This document shows positions 9,951 through 22,262 of a DNA stretch of 64,000 nt, in pieces. The DNA lies in the NCBI GenBank assembly GCA_039922635.1, contig JBDTEH010000241.1, positions 7,672 through 71,671 of the forward strand. The letters are read 5' to 3'. Within the stretch, counting starts at the first letter, position 1; every line of letters begins with the position of its first letter. A program made the translations under genes and the position numbers. Origin of the DNA: Kofleriaceae bacterium. GTDB taxonomy: Bacteria > Myxococcota_A > Polyangia > Haliangiales > Haliangiaceae. The notes under the pieces are model-generated. The model was not told the origin of the DNA and made no database searches. It saw only the letters and a list, made by a program, of their open reading frames with translations.

Positions 9951-10535
9951 TCATCGCTTGGTTTGCTTCGTGGGCCGCGCGGGCCGCTTCGCGGGCGGCT
10001 TGATCTTCTTCGCGGGCGGCTTGGCCTGCTTCGCGGGTCGGTCGTGCGGCTTGTGCTTCCGCTTCGGAGGTTCCGGCGGCGGCTCGAGGTGGCCGAGCTC
10101 GACGAGGTGGTGATACGCGGGGTCGTCGACCGGCTGCACCGACAGCCGCCCGGGCTTGAGCAGCACCATGTCGGCGAGTGCGGGGTCGGCCCGGATCCGC
10201 GGCAGCCCGACGTAGTGCGGAAACTTCTCGACGAACCGCACGTCGACGCAGTCCCAGATCGGCTTGTCGCGGGTCGCGCGTTCGTCGAAGTACTTGCCGT
10301 TCGGGTCGAACTGGGTCTCGTCGATCACGTGGGTGCGCTCGACGCGCGCGAGCCCCGCGACCCCCGGCGGTGCGGTGTTCGAGTGATAGAACAGCACGCC
10401 ATCGCCGACCGACATCTGTCGCATGTACGCCTTCGCGAAGTGGCTGCGCACGCCGCTCCACGGCTCGACGGTCACGCGGCGTAGATCGTCGATGCTGAAC
10501 GAGTCGGGCTCGCTCTTCATCAGCCAGTACTTCAT
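9951..10535 (-). CDS. EVE (PUA-like) domain protein with a Lys/Pro-rich basic C-terminal tail
   Basis: MKYWLMKSEPDSFSIDDL...WSGVRSHFAKAYMRQMSVGDGVLFYHSN is the typical EVE-domain opening. The tail is PPEPPKRKHKPHDRPAKQAKPPAKKIKPPAKRPARPTKQTKR. Confidence 0.85.
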   Translation of the reverse strand: MKYWLMKSEPDSFSIDDLRRVTVEPWSGVRSHFAKAYMRQMSVGDGVLFYHSNTAPPGVAGLARVERTHVIDETQFDPNGKYFDERATRDKPIWDCVDVRFVEKFPHYVGLPRIRADPALADMVLLKPGRLSVQPVDDPAYHHLVELGHLEPPPEPPKRKHKPHDRPAKQAKPPAKKIKPPAKRPARPTKQTKR

Positions 10536-10719
10536 GGGTACGGCAGTCTAGTCCAGGTCGGGCACGGCGGCGGCGCGCCACGCGAGCGCAAACGTCGACG
10601 GGAGCGCGCGCTGGCGCGCGGTTAGCCGATCGCTCGTTTGTTGGCGGCGTGACGCCGGCGCGTCCCCCACACCCCTCGACTTTATGGGGTACAACCGCCG
10701 CACACAAAGGAGTCTCCAC

Positions 10720-11313
10720 ATGGCTTTCACGCTCCCCGAACTGCCCTATGCGAAGGATGCGCTCGCGCCGACGATCTCGGTCGAGACCATCGACTACCAC
10801 TACGGCAAGCACCACCAGGCCTACGTCAACAACCTCAACAACCTCGTACCCGGCACCAAGTACGAGAAGATGTCGCTCGACGAGATCGTGAAGGCCACGA
10901 ACGGCCAGGCCTCCGAGAAGAAGGTGTTCAACAACGCGGCGCAGGTGTGGAACCACACGTTCTACTGGCACTGCCTCGCGCCGAAGGCCGGCGGCGAGCC
11001 GACCGGCACCATCAAGAGCGCGATCGACAAGTCGTTCGGCTCGTTCGCCGACTTCAAGAAGAAGTTCGGCGACGCCGCGGCCGCGCAGTTCGGCTCCGGC
11101 TGGGCGTGGCTCGTCAAGGGTGCGGACGGCGCGCTCGCGATCGAGACCACCGCGAACGCTGAAACGCCGTTCGCGGCCGGCAAGACCTGCGTACTCACGC
11201 TCGACGTCTGGGAGCACGCCTACTACATCGACTATCGCAACGCTCGGCCCAAGTACATCGAGGAGTTCTGGAAGCTCGCGAACTGGGACTTCGCGGCCAA
11301 GAACTTCGGCTGA
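10720..11313 (+). CDS. sodB: Fe-type superoxide dismutase
   Basis: MAFTLPELPYAKDALAPTISVETIDYHYGKHHQAYV, AQVWNHTFYW and DVWEHAYYIDYRN are Fe/Mn-SOD signatures. AAGGAG lies 8 nt upstream of ATG 10720. The listed ORF start at 10684 is less likely. Confidence 0.95.
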   Translation: MAFTLPELPYAKDALAPTISVETIDYHYGKHHQAYVNNLNNLVPGTKYEKMSLDEIVKATNGQASEKKVFNNAAQVWNHTFYWHCLAPKAGGEPTGTIKSAIDKSFGSFADFKKKFGDAAAAQFGSGWAWLVKGADGALAIETTANAETPFAAGKTCVLTLDVWEHAYYIDYRNARPKYIEEFWKLANWDFAAKNFG

Positions 11314-11320
11314 GCCGAGA

Positions 11321-11749
11321 TCAAGCCGCGAGCCGTCGCAGCAGCGAGCTCGCGCGGCGCGGCAACCATGCGACGACGCGCGGCGCGGCCTCGCGGGCGC
11401 GATCGCGGAGCATGTCGCGCGCGGCGCCGGCGAACAACTCGAGGCGCTCGGCGCGCTCGACGAGTTGCTCGGCGAGTCGCGTGAGCAGGCGCGGCGAGGG
11501 CGGGGCCTTGGCGACCACGCTCACCGCCCGCACCGCCGGGACGATGGGGGCGAGATGCTGGGTCCGGATCGCCGCGGCGGTCCGTTCGGCAGGAGTCGCG
11601 CGTGCCATGGCCCGGGCCAGCGCATCGGCGGCCGCGACGATGTCCTCTTCGGGGTCGACCAGGGTGGCCGGGACCGGGCAGCAGGGGCACTGCGGGGTCA
11701 CCGCGAGGTTATAGGCGTGGCTGCACTGTGGGCAGTGGAGATAGCTCAC
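11321..11749 (-). CDS. Hypothetical protein with N-terminal CxxC...CxCC zinc-ribbon-like motif
   Basis: VSYLHCPQCSHAYNLAVTPQCPCCPV opens the protein at GTG 11749. The ORF is open up to TTG 11878. My manual third-position GC count is about 72% for 11750-11878 against about 81% just downstream, so I prefer the shorter form. The start is uncertain. Confidence 0.5.
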   Translation of the reverse strand: MSYLHCPQCSHAYNLAVTPQCPCCPVPATLVDPEEDIVAAADALARAMARATPAERTAAAIRTQHLAPIVPAVRAVSVVAKAPPSPRLLTRLAEQLVERAERLELFAGAARDMLRDRAREAAPRVVAWLPRRASSLLRRLAA

Positions 11750-11874
11750 CGAGTGAGCGTGTAGACCAACGCCTACCGGAGGCAACTTTTCGGTCGAGAT
11801 CGGCCACGCGACCTCGCGGGCTTGCGGCTGGCGCCCGCCTTGCACAAACCGTGTGCTCGAGCCGGGTGCGCCGT

Positions 11875-12333
11875 TCAAGCGTACGGACCGCTAGGCGCGC
11901 GGGGAAACACGACGCGATGGATCTCGTCGCGCTCCGGGCACACCAGCAGCACGCCATCGGCCGCGAACGCGATGCAGTACTCGAGCAGCTGCCGGCGCGT
12001 CGCGGCCGTGGTGATCGAGGGAGCGACGGCGCCGGTCTTGACCTCGGCGACCAGCAGCTGGCCGTCGAGCTCGACAAGATAGTCAGCGCGCAGCGGGGTC
12101 AGGCACGGTTCACCGTCGACCAGCGGCGCCCAGTCGACGCACGCCTGGCGTTCGACGATCGTGAAGCCGGCGGCGACGAGCAACTCGGCGGCGCGATCTT
12201 CGCCTGCACCGGCGCGCGCGGCGCGGCGGCGGGCGCGGCGCGAGCCTCGCCACGCGCGTAACGTCGCCGCGAGCCACAGCGCGGCGACGGCGGCGGCGAC
12301 CGCGGCGGTGATCGCGATCGCGAGGTAGGTCAC
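11875..12333 (-). CDS. Membrane-anchored PD-(D/E)XK-like (YraN/endonuclease-like) protein
   Basis: GTG at 12333. TM helix YLAIAITAAVAAAVAALWLAATL, then an Arg-rich stretch, then ADYLVELDGQLLVAEVKTG (a D...E-x-K nuclease-like motif). The listed 392-aa ORF upstream of this point overlaps the PHP gene out of frame and is rejected. Confidence 0.5.
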   Translation of the reverse strand: MTYLAIAITAAVAAAVAALWLAATLRAWRGSRRARRRAARAGAGEDRAAELLVAAGFTIVERQACVDWAPLVDGEPCLTPLRADYLVELDGQLLVAEVKTGAVAPSITTAATRRQLLEYCIAFAADGVLLVCPERDEIHRVVFPRAPSGPYA

Positions 12334-12350
12334 CCCGCGATCGTCGCCGA

Positions 12351-13172
12351 TCACCCTGACAGCCAGGCGAGCAGCCGCGCGCTGCGGTCGGCGTCGAGAT
12401 CGATCCCGACCTGCGCGACCGCGTCCTTGGGGCCGTGCCAGTCCGAGCCGCCGGTGCAGGTCAGCCCGAGGTCGGCGGCGAGCTCGATCCAGCGCGTGCG
12501 CTCGCGCGCGTCGTACGCGGCGTAGAACGCCTCGACGCCGGTGAGGCCGTCGCGGTGGTGACGGCGCAACAGCTCGACGCCGAGGTGATCGTAGAGGTGG
12601 GGATGCGCGAGCGACATCGCGGCACCGGCGGCGCGCCCCAGGGCGAGGGCGTCGACCAGCGGCAGGGCGTGGTGCGGGACGTCGACGGGGCCACGGTCGA
12701 ACAGGTGGCGCGAGAACGCCTCCTTCATCGACGTCACGTGACCCGCGGCGACCATCGCGCGCGCGAGATCGGGGCGGCCGACCGAGCGGCCGTTCGCGTT
12801 CGCGAGCATCGGCTCGACGTCGATGCGGATGCCGCGCGCCTCGAGCTTGACCGCCATCACGCGCAGGCGGTTGCGACGTGCCTCGCGCACGCTCGCGAGG
12901 CGGGTCTCGAGCTCGGCCCAGTGCGCGCCGCCGCGGTCGTACGCGAGCACGTGGATCGTCCGTCCGGTCGCGGGCTCGTCGCACGAGATCTCGACGCCGC
13001 GGAGCGACTGCGCACCCGCTGCTGCGGTGCCACCGAGCCGTGCATCGGTGCACGTGTCGTGGTCCGTCATCGCGAACACCTCGACCCCTCGAGCCTCGGC
13101 GCGCGCGACGACCTCGGCGGGCGCGTCGGTGCCGTCGGATTCGGTGGAGTGACAGTGCAGCTCGAAGCGCAA
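12351..13172 (-). CDS. PHP-domain metal-dependent phosphoesterase (TrpH/YciV-like)
   Basis: RFELHCHSTESDG ... AMTDHDT ... LAHP ... GGSDWHG are PHP-family His/Asp motifs. The ORF is open to 13274, which would overlap the divergent kinase start. TTG 13172 (M-RFELHCHS) gives the usual N-terminus. The start is uncertain. Confidence 0.8.
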   Translation of the reverse strand: MRFELHCHSTESDGTDAPAEVVARAEARGVEVFAMTDHDTCTDARLGGTAAAGAQSLRGVEISCDEPATGRTIHVLAYDRGGAHWAELETRLASVREARRNRLRVMAVKLEARGIRIDVEPMLANANGRSVGRPDLARAMVAAGHVTSMKEAFSRHLFDRGPVDVPHHALPLVDALALGRAAGAAMSLAHPHLYDHLGVELLRRHHRDGLTGVEAFYAAYDARERTRWIELAADLGLTCTGGSDWHGPKDAVAQVGIDLDADRSARLLAWLSG

Positions 13173-13253
13173 GCCCGGAGTATGGTCCGGCGGCCCGGCG
13201 ACATGTAGGCCCTGCGACCGCCTTCGATCCGGACGGTCTGCTAAGCTTTTCGC

Positions 13254-15044
13254 GTGCCCATCCCGGGGGGTCAAGCTCAGGCGCGCCTGGGCCGCTACGA
13301 GCTCCTAGCGCGGCTCGCGACCGGTGGTATGGGCGAGATCTTCCTCGCGCGGCTCGAGGGTGCGGCCGGGTTCGAAAAACTCTACGTCGTCAAGCGCATC
13401 CTGCCGCACCTCGCGGACGATGCGCGGTTTCGCCAGATGCTGATCTCCGAGGCGCAGATCGCCGCGAAGATGGCGCACGCGAACATCTGCCAGGTCTACG
13501 AGCTCGGCGAGACCGCGGGACAGCTGTACATCGTGATGGAGTACCTCGAGGGCGTCACGTTGTTGCCGCTGCTCCGGCGCGCGTCGAAGCAACAGGCGCC
13601 GCTCGAGTTCGGCTTCGTCGCGGCGGTGGGGGCCCAGACCTGCGATGCGCTGCACTACGCGCACGAGCTCAAGGCTCGCGACGGCGATGCGCTCGGGCTC
13701 GTCCACCGCGATGTCACGCCATCGAACATCTTCCTGACCGAGTCGGGCGTCGCGAAGGTGCTCGACTTCGGCATCGCGAAGGCGAAGGGTGCCTCGGCGA
13801 AGACCGAGGACGGTGCGGTCAAAGGCAAGTACGCGTACATGGCGCCGGAGCAGCTGCGCGGTGGCGCGATCGATCGCCGCGTCGACCTGTTCGCGCTCGG
13901 CGTCGTGATGTACGAGATGCTCGCGCTACGCCGGTTGTTCCAGCGCAAGACCGACTACCTGACGTTCCGCGCGGTCATGGAGCAGCCGATTCCGGATATC
14001 CGGCGCTATCGCCCGGAGATTCCGGACGCGCTCGCGAACGTGCTCGCGCGTGCGCTCGATCGCGACCCCGCCGCGCGCTTCGACTCGGCGCGCCAGCTCG
14101 GCGGCGCGATGCTCGACGCGTTGAACGCGGCGGGGCTACGGCCGTGGACGCACGGCGACATCGGCGACTTCGTCAAGTCGAACTTCGCGAGCGAGATCGG
14201 CAAGCGGAGTCAGCAGGTGATGAGCGCGGTCAGCCGCTCTCATCCCGGCGTGGCGACCTCGCGCTCGACGATGCCGTTGATCGTTCACGAGGACGTCACC
14301 AACGATTCGAGTGACGATGACGAGTTCCCGTGCGTCGAGACCGATGTCGACCCGGCGGCGCGGTTCGTCGTGACGACCGTCGAGCAGCCGGCGTCGGATC
14401 CGTTCTGGCATTCGACGCCGCCGCCGTTCTCGGCGGAGACCACCGGGAGCGCGCCGGGGCTGGAGCCAATCCATGGCGTGCCGATCGGCGCGACGGCGAG
14501 CGCGCCGGTGGTCGTCGCCGGCAAGCGCAGCATGCTGTGGCCGATCCTCGCGGCGGCGCTGGTCGCGGTCGCGGGTGGCGCGCTGTTCTTGGTGTGGAAG
14601 CAGATGCAGGACCAGCGGCGACGACCGGGGCCGGCGCCGATCATCGTGACGCAGGAGCCGGCGCACGTCGACTCGCCGACCCGGACCGATCCGGAACCGG
14701 CCGGTTCGGCTGCGGCCACCCACGACACCCACGACGTGCAACCGGTGAAGAAGCCGGTGAAGCGATACAAGTCGCAAGAACAAGGGATCGAGGCCGCGCT
14801 GCGGGGCCAACAAGGCCCGCTCAACCAGTGCTTGCTCGAGCACGGTCAGGGCGTCAAGGATCAGATGCTCGCGCAGTTCCGCATCGCGGCGAGCGGCAAG
14901 GCGAAGAGCGTCCAGATCACGCCGGCCGTGCTCGACGCCGCGCCGGTCGGCGCGTGCATTCGCAACGTGATCATGGCGACGCCGTTTCCGGCGTCGGACA
15001 AGGACACGTCGTTCACCGTCCCGCTCAAGCCCAAGACGACCTGA
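13254..15044 (+). CDS. Hanks-type Ser/Thr protein kinase with TM segment and AgmX/PglI(TonB-C)-like C-terminal domain
   Basis: Kinase motifs: GGMGEIFLA, VVKRI, HRDVTPSNIFL, DFGIAKA, YMAPEQ. TM helix MLWPILAAALVAVAGGALFLVW. The C-terminal segment LNQCLLEH...AKSVQITPAVLDAAPVGACIRNVIMATPFP resembles the myxobacterial AgmX/PglI tail. Confidence 0.9.
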   Translation: MPIPGGQAQARLGRYELLARLATGGMGEIFLARLEGAAGFEKLYVVKRILPHLADDARFRQMLISEAQIAAKMAHANICQVYELGETAGQLYIVMEYLEGVTLLPLLRRASKQQAPLEFGFVAAVGAQTCDALHYAHELKARDGDALGLVHRDVTPSNIFLTESGVAKVLDFGIAKAKGASAKTEDGAVKGKYAYMAPEQLRGGAIDRRVDLFALGVVMYEMLALRRLFQRKTDYLTFRAVMEQPIPDIRRYRPEIPDALANVLARALDRDPAARFDSARQLGGAMLDALNAAGLRPWTHGDIGDFVKSNFASEIGKRSQQVMSAVSRSHPGVATSRSTMPLIVHEDVTNDSSDDDEFPCVETDVDPAARFVVTTVEQPASDPFWHSTPPPFSAETTGSAPGLEPIHGVPIGATASAPVVVAGKRSMLWPILAAALVAVAGGALFLVWKQMQDQRRRPGPAPIIVTQEPAHVDSPTRTDPEPAGSAAATHDTHDVQPVKKPVKRYKSQEQGIEAALRGQQGPLNQCLLEHGQGVKDQMLAQFRIAASGKAKSVQITPAVLDAAPVGACIRNVIMATPFPASDKDTSFTVPLKPKTT

Positions 15045-15045
15045 G

Positions 15046-16254
15046 CTAGCCGAGCAGCTCGGCGACGACCGCCGGCCAGTTCGCGACGTTCGCGGCGAGC
15101 CGGCCTTGCGCCTGATCCGGCTTGCCACCGCCGCGGCCGCCGAACTTCGCGGCGAGCTGCTTCCACAGCGCACCACAGTCGAGCGACGAGCCCGGCGCAC
15201 GGAACAACACGACCGTGGTCCCGGCGTCGTCAGGCGCCGCGAGCAGCGCATCGCGCCCGGCCGCGACCACCCTCGACGCGACCTCGCGGACGAGCGCACC
15301 ATCGCCGGGCAGCGCGGCGATCACCGCGCTGGGGCCGCTCGTACCGGTGCCCGGGGTGCCCGCGAGGTCGGGCGCGAGGTCGGGCGCGAGGTCGTGCGCG
15401 ATCGAAGCCGCGAGCCGCGTGCGCAGCGCGGTCAGCTCGGTCGCGTGGGCCTCGGCGTCGCGGACGACCTTGTCGATCGAGCCGGGGACATCGGCCGGCG
15501 CACACGAGAACCGGCTCGCGAGCCCGCGCAGCACCTGATCTCGCGTGAACAGCTCGGCGCGCGCGCGGCGGCCCGCGGCGAACGTCACGCGGGTCATGCC
15601 CTTGTAGCGCTCGGTGCTCGTGATCCGGATCGCCCCGAGCTGCGAGGTGCGAGCCGCGTGCGTGCCGCCGCACGGCGAGAAATCGAAGTCGCCGATCGCG
15701 ACGACGCGGATGTCCGCGCTGACTTTCGGATCGCGGCGCAGCTTCAGGCTCGCGAGCTCGCCCGCCTCGGGGAACCAGGCGCGGATCGGTAGGTCGTCGT
15801 CGACGAGAGCGTTCGCGAGGTCCTCGGCGGCGGCGAGCTCGGCATCCGGAATCCGATCGCGGGTGACGTCGATCGTCAGCGCGGTCTCGCCGAGCCGGGC
15901 CGAGGCGGTCGCCGCCCGCGCGCGATCGAGCAGCGTGCCCGACAACTGGTGCTGCGCGGTGTGCTGCGCCATGTGCTGGCGGCGCCGGGCCCAATCGAGC
16001 TCGCCGCGCACGCATGCGCCGAGCTCGAGCGCGACGTCCACGACGTGGATGATCGTGCCGTCGTCGGTCACCTGGGTGTCGAGCACGGTCGCGGCGCCGA
16101 GCCGGCCGTGATCGCCGAGCTGGCCGCCGGCCTCGGGGTAGAACGCGGTGGCGGCGAGCACGATCGCGGGACGACCGTTGTAGGTCGTGACGGCGGTGAT
16201 GGTCGACTCGAACTCGCGGAGGTACGCGTCGTCGTGGTAGAGGCGCTTCGTCAT
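15046..16254 (-). CDS. alaX: AlaX-L-type alanyl-tRNA editing protein (editing domain plus DHHA1-like C-terminus)
   Basis: MTKRLYHDDAYLREFES opening, HTAQHQLSG (HxxxH) and SPCGGTHA (CxxxH) zinc motifs, and the C-terminal GGRGGGKPDQAQG motif. ATG 16254 is chosen; the upstream part of the listed ORF is Arg/Ser-rich and non-homologous. Confidence 0.85.
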   Translation of the reverse strand: MTKRLYHDDAYLREFESTITAVTTYNGRPAIVLAATAFYPEAGGQLGDHGRLGAATVLDTQVTDDGTIIHVVDVALELGACVRGELDWARRRQHMAQHTAQHQLSGTLLDRARAATASARLGETALTIDVTRDRIPDAELAAAEDLANALVDDDLPIRAWFPEAGELASLKLRRDPKVSADIRVVAIGDFDFSPCGGTHAARTSQLGAIRITSTERYKGMTRVTFAAGRRARAELFTRDQVLRGLASRFSCAPADVPGSIDKVVRDAEAHATELTALRTRLAASIAHDLAPDLAPDLAGTPGTGTSGPSAVIAALPGDGALVREVASRVVAAGRDALLAAPDDAGTTVVLFRAPGSSLDCGALWKQLAAKFGGRGGGKPDQAQGRLAANVANWPAVVAELLG

Positions 16255-16264
16255 CGGTGAACGC

Positions 16265-18864
16265 TCAGTGCTCCACGCGCTCGATCGCACCGCTGGGCAC
16301 CCAGCCCACCGCGCCATTGGCCACCCGCAGCTTCGCCCACGTCTCGCGGGTCTCGAGGATCGTGACCTCGGTGCCGCGCGGCAGGGGCTGACCGATCGCG
16401 GCCGGCGCACCTGCGCTGTCGGCGGCGCGCAGCACGACCGCGTCCATCACGACGGCGTCCTGGGCGTGGCGATCTTCGAGCACCACGGACAGCACCATCG
16501 CGAGCCACACGAACGCCGGGAGGATCGCGAGCATGGCGAGCCCGCGGCGGCGGCGCCCGGACCACGGCACGAGCAGCAGCACGGCGAACGCGAACGCGAA
16601 CGCGCCGACGACCAGGCGGCGGCCGCGCGACCAGTCCCGGAAGAAGAACAGCGTGTCGGCCGCGCCGGCGCTGCTCGGCGGGCGCAGCGTGGGGCTCTCG
16701 CGGTTGCGCAGCCAGGCGAGGTTCTGCTTCGCGCGCGCGTTGCCCGGATCGATCGCGAGCGCGCGGCGGTAGGCGAGGGTGGCCGCGCCAACGTCGCCGG
16801 CGCCGAGCGCGGCGTTGCCCCAATCGGCGAGGAGCTCGGGGCGATCGGGCGTGACCTGTGCGGCCTCGCCGAGCGAGACCGCGGCGCGGGTGAACGCGGC
16901 CTTGCGCGCGGTTGCATCGGTGACGCCGAGCGCCTGCTGATACGCCTCGCGGCCCGTCGCGAGCGCACCGGCGCCGGCCGCATTCGCGTACGCATGTTCG
17001 GCGGCGATCGGGGCTGCGGTGGCGGCGCCTGGATCGGCCGATGCGCGCGCGCTGATGCTGGCGAGTGCGATCAGCACGACCACCGCCGCGGTCGACGCGG
17101 CGGACGGCTTTGCGGGCGCGCGCCGCGCCTCGCGAGTCCAGCGAACGACGAGCTCCCTCGCGCGCTGGCGCACCTCGGCGGGCAGCGGCGCATCCTTCGC
17201 GGTGCGCGAGAAGCTCTCGGTCTCGAGCCGCGCGAGTAACCCGCCATCGTCGACCGCGCGCTCGAGCGCTCGGGCCAGGCCACGCAGCGCGGCCGCGAGG
17301 GCACCGGCGGTGTCGCGCGCCGGCTCGTGGTCCGCGCGCTCGAGCTCGGCGTCGACCTTGTGCTTCGCGGCCTTGACCTCGGCGGCATCCTCGCGCTGGT
17401 CGCGCGTGCGGTGCTGCCAGCTACGCAGCGCGAACACGGCGAGCGGCAGCGCATAGAGCAGCACGAGCAGGCCGGCGAGCAGGCCGCCGCTCAGCGGTTG
17501 CTTGCCGGTCTCGCTCGGCGCGCTCAGCGCGAGCTCCGCACCGACCAGCGCTTCGTCGTCGGGCCCGGCGAGTCCAGGCTTGGGCGTACCCGGCTTGGGG
17601 GCCACGCCGATGACATCGTTCGCGCCGATCACCGCGCCGCCCTTGACCGACAGCGCGATCGGGTCGCTATGGATCGTCTGATAGGCGTTCTTCGCCGGAT
17701 CGAAGTACGAGAACGCGAGCGCCGGGATCTCGGTGGCGGCGCCGGTCACCGTCGCGGTGACCTTGAACGTCTTGGTCTTGCCGTCATCGGACAGCTCGCC
17801 GGTGGGCGGGTCCGCGGGCACGGTGAACTTGTCCTTCGGTAGCCGATCGGGTGTATCGAGCCTGCCGAGCGCGAGCGTGTCGAGGCGCTGGTCGCTCTTG
17901 ACGGTGATCGCGAGCTCGACGGGCTCGCCCTGCTGGACGACCGAGCGGCTGGTCTCGACCTTCATCGCGAACTGCGTGCCGACCGCGCCCGCGAAGCTCA
18001 CCGGCCGGTCGGTCTCGGGCAGCGGCCGGACCTCGAGCGTCTTCGCGACGTCGCTCGTGCGCAGCATCTTGGTGTCGTAGCGGCCGAAGATATCGGGCTG
18101 GCCGTAGGGCAGGTTCGCGGCGACGGTCGCCGGTGGGACCTCGACCTTGCCGGTGACCCGCGGCACCACGAACATGTGGATCGTGATCCGCGTCCACTTC
18201 TGCCCGCCGACATCGACCTCGTCGGCGTCGTAGGGGAAGTCGAGCTTCTTGCCGTTGATGTCGAACGGGAGCGCGCGATTGGGATCGGGGACGGGCGGCT
18301 GGGTGACGGTGAACGCGTCGAGCCCCGCGATCGGCAACGTGAAGTCCTGGCCCTGCGGCTTGGCGCGGAACAGCCACACCAGCCTGGTGTCGAGCGTCTC
18401 GCCGACGAACACCGGCCGGTTCGGGAGCTGGAGCTCGAGCTTCATCGCATCGGTGGTCGGCACCGCATCGACATCGACGTTCGCGGCGTCGGCGGTCACG
18501 GTGGTCTTGCCCTGGGTGACGGTCACCGCAGGGACATGGAGCGGACCCGCGTTGGCGGCCTCGACGTGCCAGTGAAACGCCCACGTGACCCCCGCGTTCC
18601 CCATCTGGCGGCCGTTGACCACGATCGACATCGACGACTGGTGTGGCTCGCCGCCGAGCGGTGTGACCTTCGCGCCCGGGATCTCGAGCTTTGGCTGCGC
18701 GACCGTCGGGCTCTCGTCGAGGCCTCCGACCGCGAGGATCAGCTCGAACGGCATGCCCGCGTGCGGCGCGCTATCGCCGAGCTGCCAGCGTGCCTGCGTC
18801 CGCGGTCCCGCCGCCGCGCTGCCGACGAGCACGCCGAGGGTGACGACGACGGCGAGTGCCTTCA

Positions 18865-18865
<1 letters not shown>
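16265..18865 (-). CDS. BatD-like (oxygen-tolerance) protein fused to a BatE-like TPR plus SH3b module
   Basis: GTG start with signal peptide MKALAVVVTLGVLVGSAAA. A long beta-rich BatD-like ectodomain is followed by a TM helix (LLAGLLVLLYALPLAVFAL), TPR-like helices, two more TM helices, and a C-terminal SH3b-like segment (TEVTILETRETWAKLRVANGAVGWVPSGAIERV). It is the last gene of the Bat operon. Confidence 0.75.
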
Positions 18866-21233
<2,368 letters not shown>

Positions 21234-21237
<4 letters not shown>

Positions 21238-22262
21238 GCGGACCTCCGCGAATCGCCCGCGCCGGCGCCGACCCACAACGCGGCGAGCAGGCAGATCAGC
21301 GCGCCGAACACCATGTACGGGTAGCGCTCGACCTTGACCTCGCGGGTCGCCGAGGCGGCGGCCGCGCGCACGATCGGGCGTACGTGGCTGTCGATGATCG
21401 CGTCGAGGTCGATCGCGGCCGTGCCGGCGGGGATATACGCACCCTCGGTGACGAGCGCGATCTTGCGCAACGTCGCACCATCGAGCTTCGAGATCACCGG
21501 CTTGCCGTCGTGCATCAGCACGGTCTTCGCGCCGGTTTTCGGATCGGTCAGCGTGATCTGGCTTCCAGTCTCGCTGCCGAGCCCGACCGCGACGATCTTG
21601 ACGCCGGCATCGCGCGCGGCCTTGGCGGCATCCTCCGAGTACGGATCCTGATCGTCGCCGTCCGTGATCAGCACGATCAACCGCGCGCCGTGACCCGGTG
21701 GGAAGCCGCGCAACGCCGCCTTGATCGCCTCGCCGACCTTGGTGCCCCCGCGACCGGCGCTCCGGGTATCGACCGTGTCGAGCACCGTGTTGAAGAACGA
21801 GTGGTCCGGGGTGAGCGGACACATCGGGACCGCGCGGCCCGCGAACACGACGAGCCCGACGCGCTGGCCTTCGAGCCGGGACACCAGCTGCGAGATCTCG
21901 TTCTTCGCGCGCGCCAGGCGATTCGGGGTCGCATCCTCGGCCAGCATCGAGCGCGAGACGTCGAGCACGAACATCACGTCGGCCGCCGGCGCCCCGCTCG
22001 CGACGCGCTCGGTCTCGCCGTGCGCGAGTGGGCGCATCAACGCGCCGATGCCGAACACGAGGCAGCCGAGCACGAGCACCAAGCGGAGCAGCGTGCGCTC
22101 GGTGCTCGACTTCGCGGTCAGCCGGCGCTGCATGATCGGCGACAGGAAGCCCGACAGCGCCTCGCGCGAGCGCAGCTCGAGGAACGCGAGCCCGCCGACG
22201 ATCGCGAACGCGACCCAGACCAGGTGGATCAGCTCCTTGTGGCGCCAGTCGAGGTCGATCAC
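21234..22262 (-). CDS. batB: VWA-domain membrane protein, BatB-like
   Basis: GTG 22262 overlaps the batA stop (GTGA). N-terminal TM helices are followed by the MIDAS motif VMFVLDVSRSMLAED and ...LITDGDDQD. There is a C-terminal TM helix (YPYMVFGALICLLAALWV). Confidence 0.85.

Noticed and set aside
9925-11217. 430-aa minus-strand ORF spanning the EVE and sodB loci
   Set aside because: It runs through the intergenic promoter region and is antisense to sodB, a textbook Fe-SOD. It shares the strand but not the frame of the EVE gene. The sequence is low complexity and Arg-rich.
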